A DNA stretch of 63,959 nt, filler included, from Octopus bimaculoides (Eukaryota), in NCBI RefSeq assembly GCF_001194135.2. It is 6 parts of 6 records of this genome, joined end to end, with 100 filler letters (N's around TTAATTAATTAA, not from the genome) between each part and the next. Parts side by side here need not be neighbours in the genome. Positions count along the whole stretch, not along the records: positions 6,882 to 15,682 come from NC_069003.1; positions 15,783 to 20,756 come from NC_069006.1; positions 20,857 to 43,441 come from NC_068982.1; 3 more parts are not named here. One strand, 5' to 3'. A program made the position numbers and the translations under genes. This document shows positions 11,281 through 23,627 of this stretch, piece after piece. A model generated the notes under the pieces. The model saw only the letters and a program-made list of their open reading frames with translations. It made no database searches and had not been told where the DNA came from. Every line of letters begins with the position of its first letter. Within the stretch, counting starts at the first letter, position 1.

Positions 11281-11594
11281 TAATAATAATAATAATAATA
11301 TTAATGATAATAATTTAAATAACATTCATCAGTTGATGTGTTGAGTCACTCACTCACTCACTGAACAGGGTTTTTTTTTCTTTTCTATTTTTTTTTATGT
11401 ATGTTTTCAGTTTTTGCACAACTTCACATTCTCAGAAAATTCGACTCAGAAATCAGAATATAAAAGAAACATACACATATTTGTATACATACATACATAT
11501 ACACACATGTATACATATACACGTACACACAAACAACATGTCTTTGTATATACATAAGCACAAACAACATGTATATGTGTATACATATATACAT

Positions 11595-11785
11595 GTGTGT
11601 GTTTGTGTGTGTCCCCTCATCATTTAACGTCCATTTACCATGCAGGCATGGATTGGGCAGTTTGGCTGAAAATTTGTCAGCTGGACAGCTACACCAGCTT
11701 CCAATCTGGTTTGGCATGGTTTCTAAGGCTGGATGCCCTTCCTAACACCAAACACTATAAGAGTGTAGTGGGTGCTTTTTTACAT
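11595..11785 (-). mobile_element. SINE-like repeat, family F (RTE-type tail suspected)
   Basis: catcatttaacgtccatttaccatgc...ggtttctaaggctggatgcccttcctaacaccaa; single copy in the window, classified from recall. Confidence 0.5.
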
Positions 11786-12198
11786 ATATATATATATATA
11801 TATATATATGCTAAGTATAAAGAGAGAAGAGTATGTATATACACACACAAAGCTGGATTAAACTAGTCACAGTGCTTGTATTGTTATAAAGGAGCCCTGT
11901 ATTAAACAAAGAAAACCATAGCTATTTTACCAACAACTATATATANNNNNNNNNNNNNNNNNNNNNNNNNNNNNNNNNNNNNNNNNNNNNNNNNNNNNNN
12001 NNNNNNNNNNNNNNNNNNNNNNNNNNNNNNNNNNNNNNNNNNNNNNNNNNNNNNNNNNNNNNNNNNNNNNNNNNNNNNNNNNNNNNNNNNNNNNNNNNNN
12101 NNNNNNNNNNNNNNNNNNNNNNNNNNNNNNNNNNNNNNNNNNNNNNNNNNNNNNNNNNNNNNNNNNNNNNNNNNNNNTATATATATATATATATATAT

Positions 12199-12363
12199 AT
12201 TTGACGGGCTTCTTTCAGTTTCCGTCTACCAAATCCACTCACAAGGCTTTGGTCGGCCCGAAGCTATAGTAGAAGACACTTGCCCAAGGTGCCATGTAGT
12301 GGGACTAAATCCAGAACCATGTGGTTGGTAAGCAAGCTACTTACCACACAGCCACTCCTGCGC
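12199..12363 (-). mobile_element. SINE family A, 5' half
   Basis: gacgggcttctttcagtttccgtctacc...ttaccacacagccactcctgcgcc. Confidence 0.85.
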
Positions 12364-12520
12364 CTATAAATACAGTGTGTAACATTGAATATGTGACTGT
12401 CTTGATGTCTAAGTTGCCAAAAGAATGTTAATAAAAATTCCTAGTTTGATTTAATGGACGTGATTACCTTTAATAGTGTCTATGACATATTCTGTAAGTA
12501 ATCAGATTCACTCAACTGAC

Positions 12521-12575
12521 CATATTTATAAGTAGTAGCAATAGCAGTGGTGGTGGTAGTAGTAGTAGTAATTTC
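12521..12575 (-). CDS. Weak candidate exon, 55 nt, phase 0 to 1 (EITTTTTTTTAIATTYKY)
   Basis: Acceptor ctttatcag and donor atg/gtcagt; bridges the phase between 18039-18086 and 9295-9431, but is largely an (ACT/ACC)n microsatellite. Confidence 0.2.
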
Positions 12576-13551
12576 CTGATAAAGTTTGACCAATACTATT
12601 GAGGCAAGAAGGCCAAATATGATTATAAAAGACAGGAGAAAGAGAAAAGAAAGAAATAGGTGAAACCAGCATAGCACATGGGTGCTTCTAGGTTAATCCA
12701 GCACAGCACACATGTGCATGTATTTGCAGACACACATGCACATACACATACATATATACACACATAAACATGTGTGTGTGTGTGTAGATGTTTATGTATG
12801 TATCAAGGGAGACAATTATTAAGAGTCAGAATAATATGCACAAAGTTTTTACCAAATTTCAACTTAATTTTTTTTTTTTATATTTTTCATGTTTTTTTTT
12901 TTTACAGGCTTCAGTTTTTTTTTATATTAAAAAAATTTTTTTTTAATCTTTCGGTAACAGATTGTGAAAGAATTAAAAATGATAAAAATAATGATGATGT
13001 TGGGCGCAGGGGGAGGGGAGAGAGCACAAGATTTGATATCTGGGAAGGAACAACGCAGAGAAACAAAAGAGAGTCTAAGTGAGAAAGAGAAAGAAAATGA
13101 TAATAATAGTAGTAGTAGTAGTAGNNNNNNNNNNNNNNNNNNNNNNNNNNNNNNNNNNNNNNNNNNNNNNNNNNNNNNNNNNNNNNNNNNNNNNNNNNNN
13201 NNNNNNNNNNNNNNNNNNNNNNNNNNNNNNNNNNNNNNNNNNNNNNNNNNNNNNNNNNNNNNNNNNNNNNNNNNNNNNNNNNNNNNNNNNNNNNNNNNNN
13301 NNNNNNNNNNNNNNNNNNNNNNNNNNNNNNNNNNNNNNNNNNNNNNNNNNNNNNNNNNNNNNNNNNNNNNNNNNNNNNNNNNNNNNNNNNNNNNNNNNNN
13401 NNNNNNNNNNNNNNNNNNNNNNNNNNNNNNNNNNNNNNNNNNNNNNNNNNNNNNNNNNNNNNNNNNNNNNNNNNNNNNNNNNCAAGGAGCTGAGAAAGTA
13501 AAAATTACTCAACTATTTTTTATTATAAGTAGTATCCATCAATGGGTGATC

Positions 13552-13583
<32 letters not shown>

Positions 13584-14224
13584 GCTGGTGATATGGATTG
13601 AAAGATTGCATTGGCTGCCTGAAAATAAAACGATATCTTCATACACTATTTCCTGCAGCAGCAAATGCATGGGTTCAGGGGGGGTCCAATACCCTACCAC
13701 AACCCCACATAGTTTTAAGCCAAAAAAAAAAAAAACCTGCCATCATGGGTTTTTTGTCTTTTTTTTTTTGTATTTTTACACAAAATTCTTTTTAGTTATC
13801 TTCTAAACACCAGCTTTAACAACATTGTTTATTTGAATATTCAATCTGTAATTGATATCGTCCATTTTGATCTCACGTGAGTGATCTTTGTCAGGAAGAA
13901 GCAGTTAGGATTTTTGATCCCGACGGAACCAACATGAGGTCAAACCAGGTGATAGCAACCCCAGAGTGAACATCCACATTAAGTACACAAAAACTGCACA
14001 TCTTAACATGTATCAAGTAATTAGTTTTTTAACCAAGAAAATCTGATACGTTCAATGTATATATTTATTATGGTGACAGCGCTAAGCAGTGATGTGTACA
14101 AATACAAACTTGTTGCCTGTTCAAATGTACTTTGTTCAAATATTTGAACTCATAAGAAAGCCATTCGCTATTTTTGTCAGTGCACAGCACTCCCTTCCTG
14201 GACAGTCAGGTGCATGCATTTCAG

Positions 14225-14359
14225 AGTGGTTATCTCCTCTTCAGCAACAGAACCAGAAAGGCAGGTATTGCAAGGTAACACAAGAGGCAGGTCCATCTTA
14301 TGGTATTCTCATCATTGTCTGCCTTTCTGGTCAGTGTTGCTGAAGAGGAGAAAACCACT
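14225..14359. repeat. About 40-bp inverted repeat with a 54-nt spacer
   Basis: agtggttatctcctcttcagcaacagaaccagaaaggcag (14225-14264) pairs with ctgcctttctggtcagtgttgctgaagaggagaaaaccact (14319-14359). Confidence 0.85.
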
Positions 14360-14496
14360 GTATTTACACCTATTTCTCTACAGTGAGAAATTTTCCTCAT
14401 GGCAAAATAACAACAAATGGCTTGTTTTACCAGTTCGAATATGCCTCAAGCATATCTGAACTGGTAACAAGTTTGTATATATATATTTTTTATTTT

Positions 14497-14617
14497 AAAC
14501 CTGATGAGTGACTGTATTTTTGAGTAGATTTAATTGTAGATCGATTTGATTATTAATCGAATTGGTTTTATTAGTTATCTATTTGAAAATATAGCCACGA
14601 AACGTGCATAGTCATTT
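14497..14617 (+). ncRNA. Type I hammerhead ribozyme fold with a greatly extended stem II (probably decayed)
   Basis: CTGATGA 14501-14507; stem II GTG/CAC, CTGTATTTT/AAAATATAG, TGAGTAGAT/ATCTATTTG, TCGATT/AATCGA; GAAAC 14599-14603; GTC triplet 14611-14613; stem I weak (C.A mismatch then AAA/TTT). Confidence 0.55.
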
Positions 14618-15138
14618 TATACCATTTACTAGTTATTCTTTTATGTACTTTATTGATTTTTAGAATAAGGTTTTTATGATATATTTATTTTCTAGGGGGT
14701 ATGAATTACATTCTTCATTATTGAATTATTTAATAGTGGTTTTTCTCTCTTTGAAAAAGTTCATTTTCTGTTTTCGTTTCTCATTGTGTTTAACGTTTTT
14801 TTGATGTCCTGTACCCATATATGCATGTATACATATAGATGTAGGTATGTACATATATGTATGGATATATGCATATATCTATATATTTATATTATATTAT
14901 ATATATATATATATATATATATTCTTATTTGACAACAGAACTCTACGAAGATAAAGTTACTCAGGGTTAAACAGAAGCCCTTGGATGGAGAAAGTCAAAA
15001 GGTGCCCTTCTATGATAGGGATTTTTCACCTGATATTTTACACAGTTATATTATAGCTTTATCAACTTCAAATTCCCCTGTTAAAACTAATTTACTTTAA
15101 ATCTCTCAAAGTTTCTAAATTCTTATAATATAAGCATT

Positions 15139-15179
<41 letters not shown>

Positions 15180-15184
15180 CTATT

Positions 15185-15365
15185 TTACTATTTTAGTTGT
15201 TTCAGTCATTTGATTGTGGCCATGTTGGAGCACCGCCTTTTAGTAGAGCAAATCGACCCCAGGACTTATTCTTTGGAAGCCTAGTACTTATTCTATCGAT
15301 CTCTTTTGCCGAACCACTAAGCTACGGGGACGTAAACACACCAGCATCGGTTGTCAAGCGATGTA
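15185..15365 (-). mobile_element. SINE family A, 3' half
   Basis: ttgtttcagtcatttgattgtggccatgttggagcaccgcc...ccagcatcggttgtcaagcgatg. Confidence 0.8.
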
Positions 15366-15682
15366 TGAGTGTGTGTGTATGTAATTTATGTATGTATATA
15401 CATGTGTGTGTGCGTGTATGTATGTAATTTATGTATGTATATTCATGTGTGTGTGTGTGTGTATATATTACACACATACACATATACATAGGATGTATGA
15501 GTGTATGTGTGTGAGTATAATGAACTAAATTCTTCCAAATTCTTTATATTTTTCCAAAAAAAAATTGATACTGATAAAAACAGGGGGTGTTCATCATAAG
15601 AAATGTAATCAAAAAAGGGTCAAATATACTACACAACTTCTATTTTTTTTAAACCCTTTTTTTTATTTTTCTCTCTTTTTTT

Positions 15683-15782
15683 NNNNNNNNNNNNNNNNNN
15701 NNNNNNNNNNNNNNNNNNNNNNNNNNTTAATTAATTAANNNNNNNNNNNNNNNNNNNNNNNNNNNNNNNNNNNNNNNNNNNN
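15683..15782. other. Artificial 100-bp scaffold join
   Basis: 44 N + TTAATTAATTAA + 44 N. Confidence 0.97.
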
Positions 15783-15850
<68 letters not shown>

Positions 15851-16734
15851 CCTCTCTCTATCTGTTTCTCTTTCTACGTGTTTATCTATCTATTCATCCA
15901 TCTATCTATTCATCTATCTATCTATTTCTAAAGGCGGTGTACCTATAAGCATCTATAATCGTGGACTTTCATGCAATTATGATCTTTCTTGAGAAAGTTA
16001 CAGTAATGGTTACCTATAGCCTGCTGTTAGTCTGTTTACAATCTACTCTGCTAATCTTCTACTCTCCTGAGCTTACAATTCGGACATAAAGCCTACTTGA
16101 GCCTTGGGTAGGGGAACAGGTTCAAAGGACATCAGAGACTATCCACGCAACGGTGGATATATATATATATANNNNNNNNNNNNNNNNNNNNNNNNNNNNN
16201 NNNNNNNNNNNNNNNNNNNNNNNNNNNNNNNNNNNNNNNNNNNNNNNNNNNNNNNNNNNNNNNNNNNNNNNNNNNNAAGGTTTTCCCAACATGACTCTCC
16301 TGCCCTGCTCTCGCGGGAAAGTAATCTACAACTACATTAAGTGGTAACTACATTATCTCATTTGCTTTACTCTCCCTTGTTTTTTTGTTTTTTTAAATCC
16401 ATTTTTAATCCATTTCCGATCAATGTTCCCATTTGGAGACATTGATTTAACAAAGTTGTTTTTAGCAAAGTGAACTTAATGCGCAGTTTTTTTTTTTTTA
16501 ATGGATTCGGCCATTGAAAACATCATTTTTAGAATATTTTGGAGCCAAATTGGAAACAATTTCAAATGTTTGGAAATTTCTATTGTTCTACTCCGCCCCA
16601 GGAATTGGGAGTGGTGGTGGGAGTATTTCCGATAGTCACGGCACCATGATAAATGAAACTGTGTATTCAAATCTTTATTCAGGATGAATCTCGAAGTGAA
16701 TGCAGCTATATCATAATAATAATAATAATAATAA

Positions 16735-16925
16735 TAATCCTTTCTGTTATAGGCTCAAGGCCCGAAGTTTGAAGGGAGGGGACTAGTCGATTACATCGAT
16801 CCCAAAATTTCACTAATACTTGATTTATCGACCCTGAAAGAATGTACGGCAAAGTTGACCTCGGTGGAATTCGAACTCAGAATGTAGCGACGGGTGAAAT
16901 ACTGCTAAGCATTTCGTCTAGCAGC
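16735..16925 (-). mobile_element. SINE family B variant, tail running into (AAT)n
   Basis: gtcgattacatcgatccc...ttatcgaccctgaaagaatg..ggcaaagttgacctcggtggaattcgaactcagaatg. Confidence 0.75.
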
Positions 16926-17024
16926 TTCTCTGCCCCAGGTGTACGGAAAAAACTCGGCAAGAAATGGAAGAAAATTTGAAGAAAGAAGAAAAGAAAACAT
17001 AATAATAATAATGATAATAACAAT

Positions 17025-17100
<76 letters not shown>

Positions 17101-18038
17101 GTGTCAAATTTTTTGTACCAGGCCAGTCATTTTAGAGTGGGGGTGGTACTTTATTTTGTCGACCCCAGAGTCTTGTCTTAAATCTCCATCTGTCTTGAAT
17201 ATTCAGCCATTTACACGTCGATTCTACAAGTAGGTATGCGGTGGGTTGAACAATGGATGCCACATTACAGAGGATATCGGTGAATTGGAGAATTTACCAT
17301 TATGCAAACGGCTTCCTGAAGTATTTCGATTGCTAGGAGAGTGAATATTTCAATTTTTTTTCCCTCCAACAAAAGAAAAAAAAAATTCATATTATGAATC
17401 AAATTATTATTTTTCCCTTAAAAATGTGCAAACGAAAATGAGGAGAAGAGAGACTGAAGAAAAAAAAATAATAATAAATTATGCAAATAAAAGTAATAAA
17501 AATGCAAATTTTTCATATAACTCCCATGAACATTGCGAATGTGTTTCATCGAAATTTCATTTATTTTTTTAAAATCGTTTCTCGGTTTATTACCATAAAA
17601 ATACAATATTTTATAATTTTTTGGAAAAGACATACCCAGAAATTTGCAAATACAGATTAAAATCATAAAATATAAACAGAGAAAGAAAAATGAATTTTCT
17701 AAACTATGAAGAAATATTAAGCCCCTAGTTAAATAAGAATTGTGTTACTATTTGCACCGATAGTAGCATTACAGAAGCAAGAGGGTTTGTTTCTTATACC
17801 CCAAAGTCTTAAATTTTTTTTGGCAATTAAAGATTTATTAACATTGAAATTTATGATTGGGCCATTGTCAGTTATTGTCACAACTTTAAAACAAATGCAT
17901 TTTGAATTGGAATATCAACACAATAAGCTGTTATAGGAAGATAATATTTTTAAAAAATTTGAGTAATGCTGGTGAGAAGTTAGGAAAAAATGTAAAGTGG
18001 TGTCAATAACTATAAACAAAGAGAAGATATTGTATTAC

Positions 18039-18086
18039 CTTACATAGGTTGTTTAATGCTTCTATAATATTTCGGGAAACATCTTC
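18039..18086 (-). CDS. Candidate internal exon, 48 nt, phase 0 to 0 (EDVSRNIIEALNNLCK)
   Basis: Acceptor ttttctaatatttgatcag, strong donor aag/gtaata, open frame. Confidence 0.45.
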
Positions 18087-18368
18087 CTGATCAAATATTA
18101 GAAAATAATCCAATAGTTCGGAGAAAAACTTTGTTAAAAGAAGGATATATGCATGCAAATACGCATTGATACGTATTCCACACAAACACATACATACATA
18201 TGCTAACACATACATACATGCATAGATATACTCACAGGCATACACACATACGTAACATAGTACACATTCACACATCTCCAACAACGTTTTGTAAAATATC
18301 CAATCTTTCTGCTGTTTTCCCGGGTTTACAGCGTTCGAAATATTACTTCCTTGTGTGTAATATACAGT

Positions 18369-18444
<76 letters not shown>

Positions 18445-18625
18445 GAACTTATCAACGGAACTAGAATTTCAATTTGAAATCATATTCTACTTCCTCCCCC
18501 CCGCCCCCACATTATCACTCCAATCGTCTCACATCCTTCCTCCACCACAAATCCGCTCTCTTAATACATTTAATACAACGGAAATACATATTTTTGCGAT
18601 ATTCTTTATTTCTTAAAAATATTAA

Positions 18626-18802
18626 TGGTGGCGTAGCTAGAATGTGCGCCGCCCGTGGCACTCTTCGAGTCTGCTGCACCCCTCTCCCGCTTCCTATTTC
18701 CCCTTCCCGCTCTTATACAGGCTTATACAGCAGACCCAAGGATGCCACCCCCGTGAAAAGCGCCGCCCCTCTTCGACCACAACCCCTTGCTATGCTACCC
18801 TG
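18626..18802. mobile_element. Degenerate hAT-like GC-rich MITE
   Basis: Ends tggtggcgtagc / gctatgctaccctg; tattaa on both flanks; similar left end cagtggcgtagc at 58741. Confidence 0.45.
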
Positions 18803-19465
18803 TATTAAACCGTAAATCATAATGTATTTAATTGTTGTTTTTTTTTATCTATTCTGTACCTGAATCGATATTTCTGATCAGTATGAAATATGAAGCTAAC
18901 TTTTATTTTTCTATTTTTCCTTTTTGTTTCTTCAATAAAAACGATTACTTATCGATTTATTTCGTAGCGAAAATACAACTGCTGGTCAAACAACCTGTAC
19001 GATCGATCGATCGATCTGTGACTTGAGTTCGTTTTAGTGCATTTCCAGTCAATATTTTTAGTGAGTATTATTGGTTATTGGTTATAGAATATTTCAATTA
19101 TGTAGATGGAATTGTGGTATTGCTGGGGTTTTGGTCAGATGAGGAAGAACAAAGCCATAAGGGCTTGTATTTGAGGTTTGTGGTGGAAAAAGAGAGAAGC
19201 GACCCGGTACAATTGTCTGTAACAGTTTCAACTCAGTTTATGCTTTGGAGGAAATGGCTCTGGCTTCTACTGAAGCTGTTGGAGTTTGTCTTCGGCTTCA
19301 ATTTCATAACACTACGAAGCCAACAATTATGTGTGTGTGCGTGTGTGTGTGTGTAAATTGACCAGATAAAAGAAGTGAAGTGAGAGAATAGATGTTTATT
19401 CCATTACTTGACAGATGCTTCGAAATTTGTGTTAGTTACGTAAGCAACGCCACATCATCCATTAC

Positions 19466-19511
<46 letters not shown>

Positions 19512-19551
19512 ATACACACACACAAGCACATACTCACACACACTCTCTCTT

Positions 19552-19872
19552 TCAAGGCGGCGAGCTGGCAGAATCGTTAGCACGCCGGGTGAAATGCTTA
19601 GCGGTATTTCGTCTGCCGCTTCGTTCTGAGTTCAAATTCCGCCGAGGTCGACTTTGCCTTTCGTCCTTTCGGAGTCGATTAAATAAGTACCAGTATTTCA
19701 AAGGCCCAGCTTTATCACAATCTATGTCACGCTGATTCTCCCCGAGAACTACGTTAAGGGTACACGTGTCTGTGGATTGCTCAGCCACTTGCACGTTAAT
19801 TTCACGAGCAGGCTGTTCCGTAGGTCAGATCAACTGGAACCCTCGTCGTCGTCGTAACCGACGGAGTGCCAC
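19552..19872 (+). mobile_element. Chimeric SINE: family B 5' part fused to family C 3' part
   Basis: B head and central domain to about 19695, then ttcaaaggcccagc...gagaactacgttaagggtacacgtgtc...accgacggagtgcc (family C). Confidence 0.75.
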
Positions 19873-20384
19873 GATACGATTAATTATTTAGTCTATGTCA
19901 ATAAAGATTCACCATTACAGATTAAATATAGCTTTTGTTATAAAGATACACCTGCAGGGATTAATTATACTTTTCGTCGTAAATAAAGATACACCTGTAA
20001 AGACTAAAAATAATTTATAAAGCTGGCGTTCTTGAGTTGCTTCACAATTCAGTGCCTCAAAACTTGTCACGCTATATGCAGCATTCTAACTACTATTAAC
20101 ACCGCCTGAGGGCGCAGCTTCAATAAGTGTGCTATAACCGACATCCAACACAGGAGTAAGACCGCAGATTCTGACAGAGTTCGCAGCTAACGATTATCCA
20201 TTACATTAGCTATCACTGACAGAAGCATTGTTTGTTACGAATAATAAACAGCACATCCAGCATAAATTCCATGTCCTAATTGTTATTCGTTACAAACACG
20301 GCTCTTGTCGATAATAACTAATTTATTCGTAGCCTGCTGGCTTTCTGCGACCTCAGCGGCTGTTAGCCATTATTATACCACTCG

Positions 20385-20705
20385 TAAGGCGGCGAGCTGG
20401 AAGGATAGTTAGCACACCGGGCGAAATGTTTAGCGGCATCTCGTCTGTCTTCACGTTCTGAGTTCAAATTCCGCTGAGGTTGACTTTACCTTTCATCCTT
20501 TCAGGGTTGATAAATTAAGTACTGGTTACGTACTGGGGTCGATCTAATCGACTAAACCCCTCACCCGAAGTTGTTGCCCTTGTGCAAAAAATTTTTTAGA
20601 TCAAGACGGTGAGCTGATTGAATCGTTGGCACGCCGGGCGAAATGCTTAGCGGCATTTCGTCTCTCTTTACGTGTTGAGTTCAAATTCCATCGAGGTCGA
20701 CTTGG
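20385..20705 (+). mobile_element. Two adjacent SINE family B copies, the second truncated
   Basis: Heads aaggcggcgagctgg (about 20386) and aagacggtgagctg (about 20603), each followed by gagttcaaattcc. Confidence 0.75.
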
Positions 20706-20756
20706 CCAATTCTGCCACCTCACCGCCTTAAATATCAACATGTTTGGTTTCCCTAT

Positions 20757-20856
20757 NNNNNNNNNNNNNNNNNNNNNNNNNNNNNNNNNNNNNNNNNNNN
20801 TTAATTAATTAANNNNNNNNNNNNNNNNNNNNNNNNNNNNNNNNNNNNNNNNNNNN
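20757..20856. other. Artificial 100-bp scaffold join
   Basis: 44 N + TTAATTAATTAA + 44 N. Confidence 0.97.
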
Positions 20857-21118
20857 AGAAGAAGAAGAAGAAGAAGAAGAAGAAGAAGAAGAAGAAGAAG
20901 AAGAAGAAGAATTTAAAGCTCCATGTAGATTGGTTACTACTATGATTTGTGTATATATGAAGTTTCTCATCAACCCAGTTTTAGCAAACTGTCTGTTATG
21001 CGAAACTGATTTACCATCAGCCTCAAATTGTTTCTCGTGTACCTTTGTTTTAACTGCACTATTATCCTGTGTATGTGAGACATGTATCAAACTATTTCAG
21101 CATTTGTTATGGTAGGAC

Positions 21119-21231
21119 CTCTAGATATGAAAATCGACAGGTATCAACATTTTCTAAATGGTGGAACGAAATCTTTTTCCCATTCTCGGGCAAAATTTCT
21201 TCCGAAATTTCTTTCAGTGATTCAAGTGACA
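21119..21231 (-). CDS. Candidate exon, 113 nt, phase 1 to 0 (xSLESLKEISEEILPENGKKISFHHLENVDTCRFSYLE)
   Basis: Open protein-like frame; acceptor ttttcattcaacgggtgcag moderate, donor gag/gtccta weak. Confidence 0.33.
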
Positions 21232-21568
21232 CTGCACCCGTTGAATGAAAATCGCCAATATCGTTTTAAAATAAATATGCACTATTCTCTCTCTCTCTCT
21301 CTCTCTCAATCTCTCTCTCTCCCTCTCTCCCTCCCGCTGTCACACTCTCTCACTTTCTCTCCGTCACACACTCTCCCTCTTTCATTTTCACTCGAATTTG
21401 ATTCTCTAGCGCCTCGCCTTTCAATGGTCCTAAAAGAAGCAACGCAATGATTAATCCTAAAATACCACCTCTTTTTGTGTATCACTAAACAATAGAAATT
21501 TCAGGAAAAAACAAAAACGTTCCATAATTTTTGTTCAGAAAATTGTAACAGTGAAACAATTATTTATA

Positions 21569-21975
21569 AGCGCAGGAGTGGCTGTGTGGTAAGTTGCTTG
21601 CTTACCAACCACATGGTTCTGGATTTAGTCCCACTGCGTGGCACCTTGGGCAATTGTCTTCTACTATAGCCTCGGGCTGAACAAAGCCTTGTGAGTGGAT
21701 TTGGTTGACGGAAACTGAAAGAAGCCCGTCGTATATATGTATATGTATATATATATGTGTGTGTTTGTGGGTCTGTGTTTGTCCCGCCAACATCACTTGA
21801 CAACCGATACTGGTGTGTTTACGTCCCCGTAACTTAACGGTTCGGCAAAACAGAACGATAGAATAAGTACTAGGCTTAAATAGAATAAGTCCTGGGGTTG
21901 CTTTGCTCGAACAAAGTCGGTGCTCCAGCATGGTCGCAGTCAAATGACTGAAACAAGTAAAAGAGTAAAAGAGAG
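21569..21975 (+). mobile_element. SINE family A, full length
   Basis: gcgcaggagtggctgtgtggtaag...ccttgggcaattgtcttctactatagcc...gactgaaacaagtaaaagagtaaaagag. Confidence 0.9.
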
Positions 21976-22374
21976 AGCATGTATATAGAGGTAGAAATAA
22001 TGAATTTTAATTGAGGTGCACTAACTTCGATCGGAGGAAAGTCGAAGTGAACTACGACTCTATTTGAGCGCAGAACGTAAAGAGCCGGTAGAAACGCGTC
22101 TAAGTATTTTGTCCGGCGTACTAACAACTCCAGCTACTCTTCGACTTAGATTTATAAATAAATAACAAATACATATCATATCCCCAGAGAAACGATCGTT
22201 CGTACTCGTGAGAATACAATTCAAAAACAATGTAGTAAAAAAACATTGTTAAATGGCAAACGGAATATTACAATCACAGTGCAGGAGATAAAGAACCTTA
22301 ATTACCACAATAGTAAGTGAAATAATATAAGCAACATCTCTTGTTGTTAGAGATGAAAGTGGACACGCACTCAC

Positions 22375-22421
22375 ATCTCCTTATGTAGGAATATCTATAG
22401 CGAGGCAATCGAAATTGAAAT
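22375..22421 (-). CDS. Candidate exon, 47 nt, phase 2 to 1 (FQFRLPRYRYSYIRR)
   Basis: Very strong acceptor ctcttcacttttctgtag and donor gat/gtgagt; only one frame is open. Confidence 0.37.
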
Positions 22422-23379
22422 CTACAGAAAAGTGAAGAGTTTGTGAGAAGAGAAATCTAATCATTAATGAAATCGATATCGAATTTACGTTCTAGATAAC
22501 ATTAAGGCAATGCAAACTTTCAATTCTTAAACGAGGTAGCAAAAATGAAATAGCGGCTGAAACAAGAGTTCATCATTGTATCACGCAGAAAACCTTGTTG
22601 TGTAATGCACCAACAAATTTTCAAAGCAAAAGAATTTAAATGAAACGCAGATGAATGAAATCAATAATTATTTTTAGTGAAAATCGAAACAACGTTTTAT
22701 CTGTTACATAATGAGAGATGGAATATTTCTGAGGAATATTATAGCATGTGAATGAATCACCATGGAGGAGACTGTTCAAAAATAATGCCACAGTGCTTCT
22801 CGGGAATTGTAAGAAAACAAACGAAAGAAGTTCATTTGCGAAACCAAAAATAATGAAATATACTAAAATGACGAAAGAGAATGATACATCGAACATCATA
22901 TAAATCATGTAATTGAAATAAATAAATAATTAGCAAAGATTTTAAGAAGATACTGACGACGCCGGAAACAACAGATGAGCGGCTTACTGACAGGTTAAAC
23001 CCCAACACTGAGAACAACATTCCTACCGTCATATAATCCGATTTCCTATAACCAGACAAATCTTTACTGCAATACTATCACCTACAAAACAGCATGAACA
23101 AATTACAACTTGTCTCCAAGAATAGAAAAAAAAAACTGTAGACATTTTTTTTTCTCTCGAAAACCCTGAGGATATCAATTACTTATAAGCGTTACTATAA
23201 ACAACGTAACTTCTGATTTTAGTAGATCCCCACATGTGGGTCCTAGAAATATTAATCACGTGTGATCTCGTACGTGCAAGACAGACTTATTTTAATGTGT
23301 TTTTAGTGCATAATTTTTTCATTTTCCTACAAATGGAAAATAATGAATTACATTTATATTTCATATCCATTAGAAATGA

Positions 23380-23429
<50 letters not shown>

Positions 23430-23581
23430 GAAGAATTCACCAAAAGAGAAGAAAAGATGGTGACAGGTGGTGTAGACAATAAGTAGATGTATTAGTAAAA
23501 CGCTCGGGAAGTGAAAACGTTTTAAACGTTTTGAGCCTACGCTCTTCCACAAAAAGGAACACAGNNNNNNNNNNNNNNNNN

Positions 23582-23627
<46 letters not shown>

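Noticed and set aside
12480-12677. ORF with an apparent transmembrane helix (FLSFLFLLSFIIIFGLL)
   Set aside because: GTG start, and the hydrophobicity derives from a TC-rich tract that more likely is a polypyrimidine tract.
19100-19330. Plus-strand peptide resembling a decayed LINE APE endonuclease (..STEAVGVCLRLQF..)
   Set aside because: No clear ET(R/W), VYAP or GDFN motifs; cannot be distinguished from chance.
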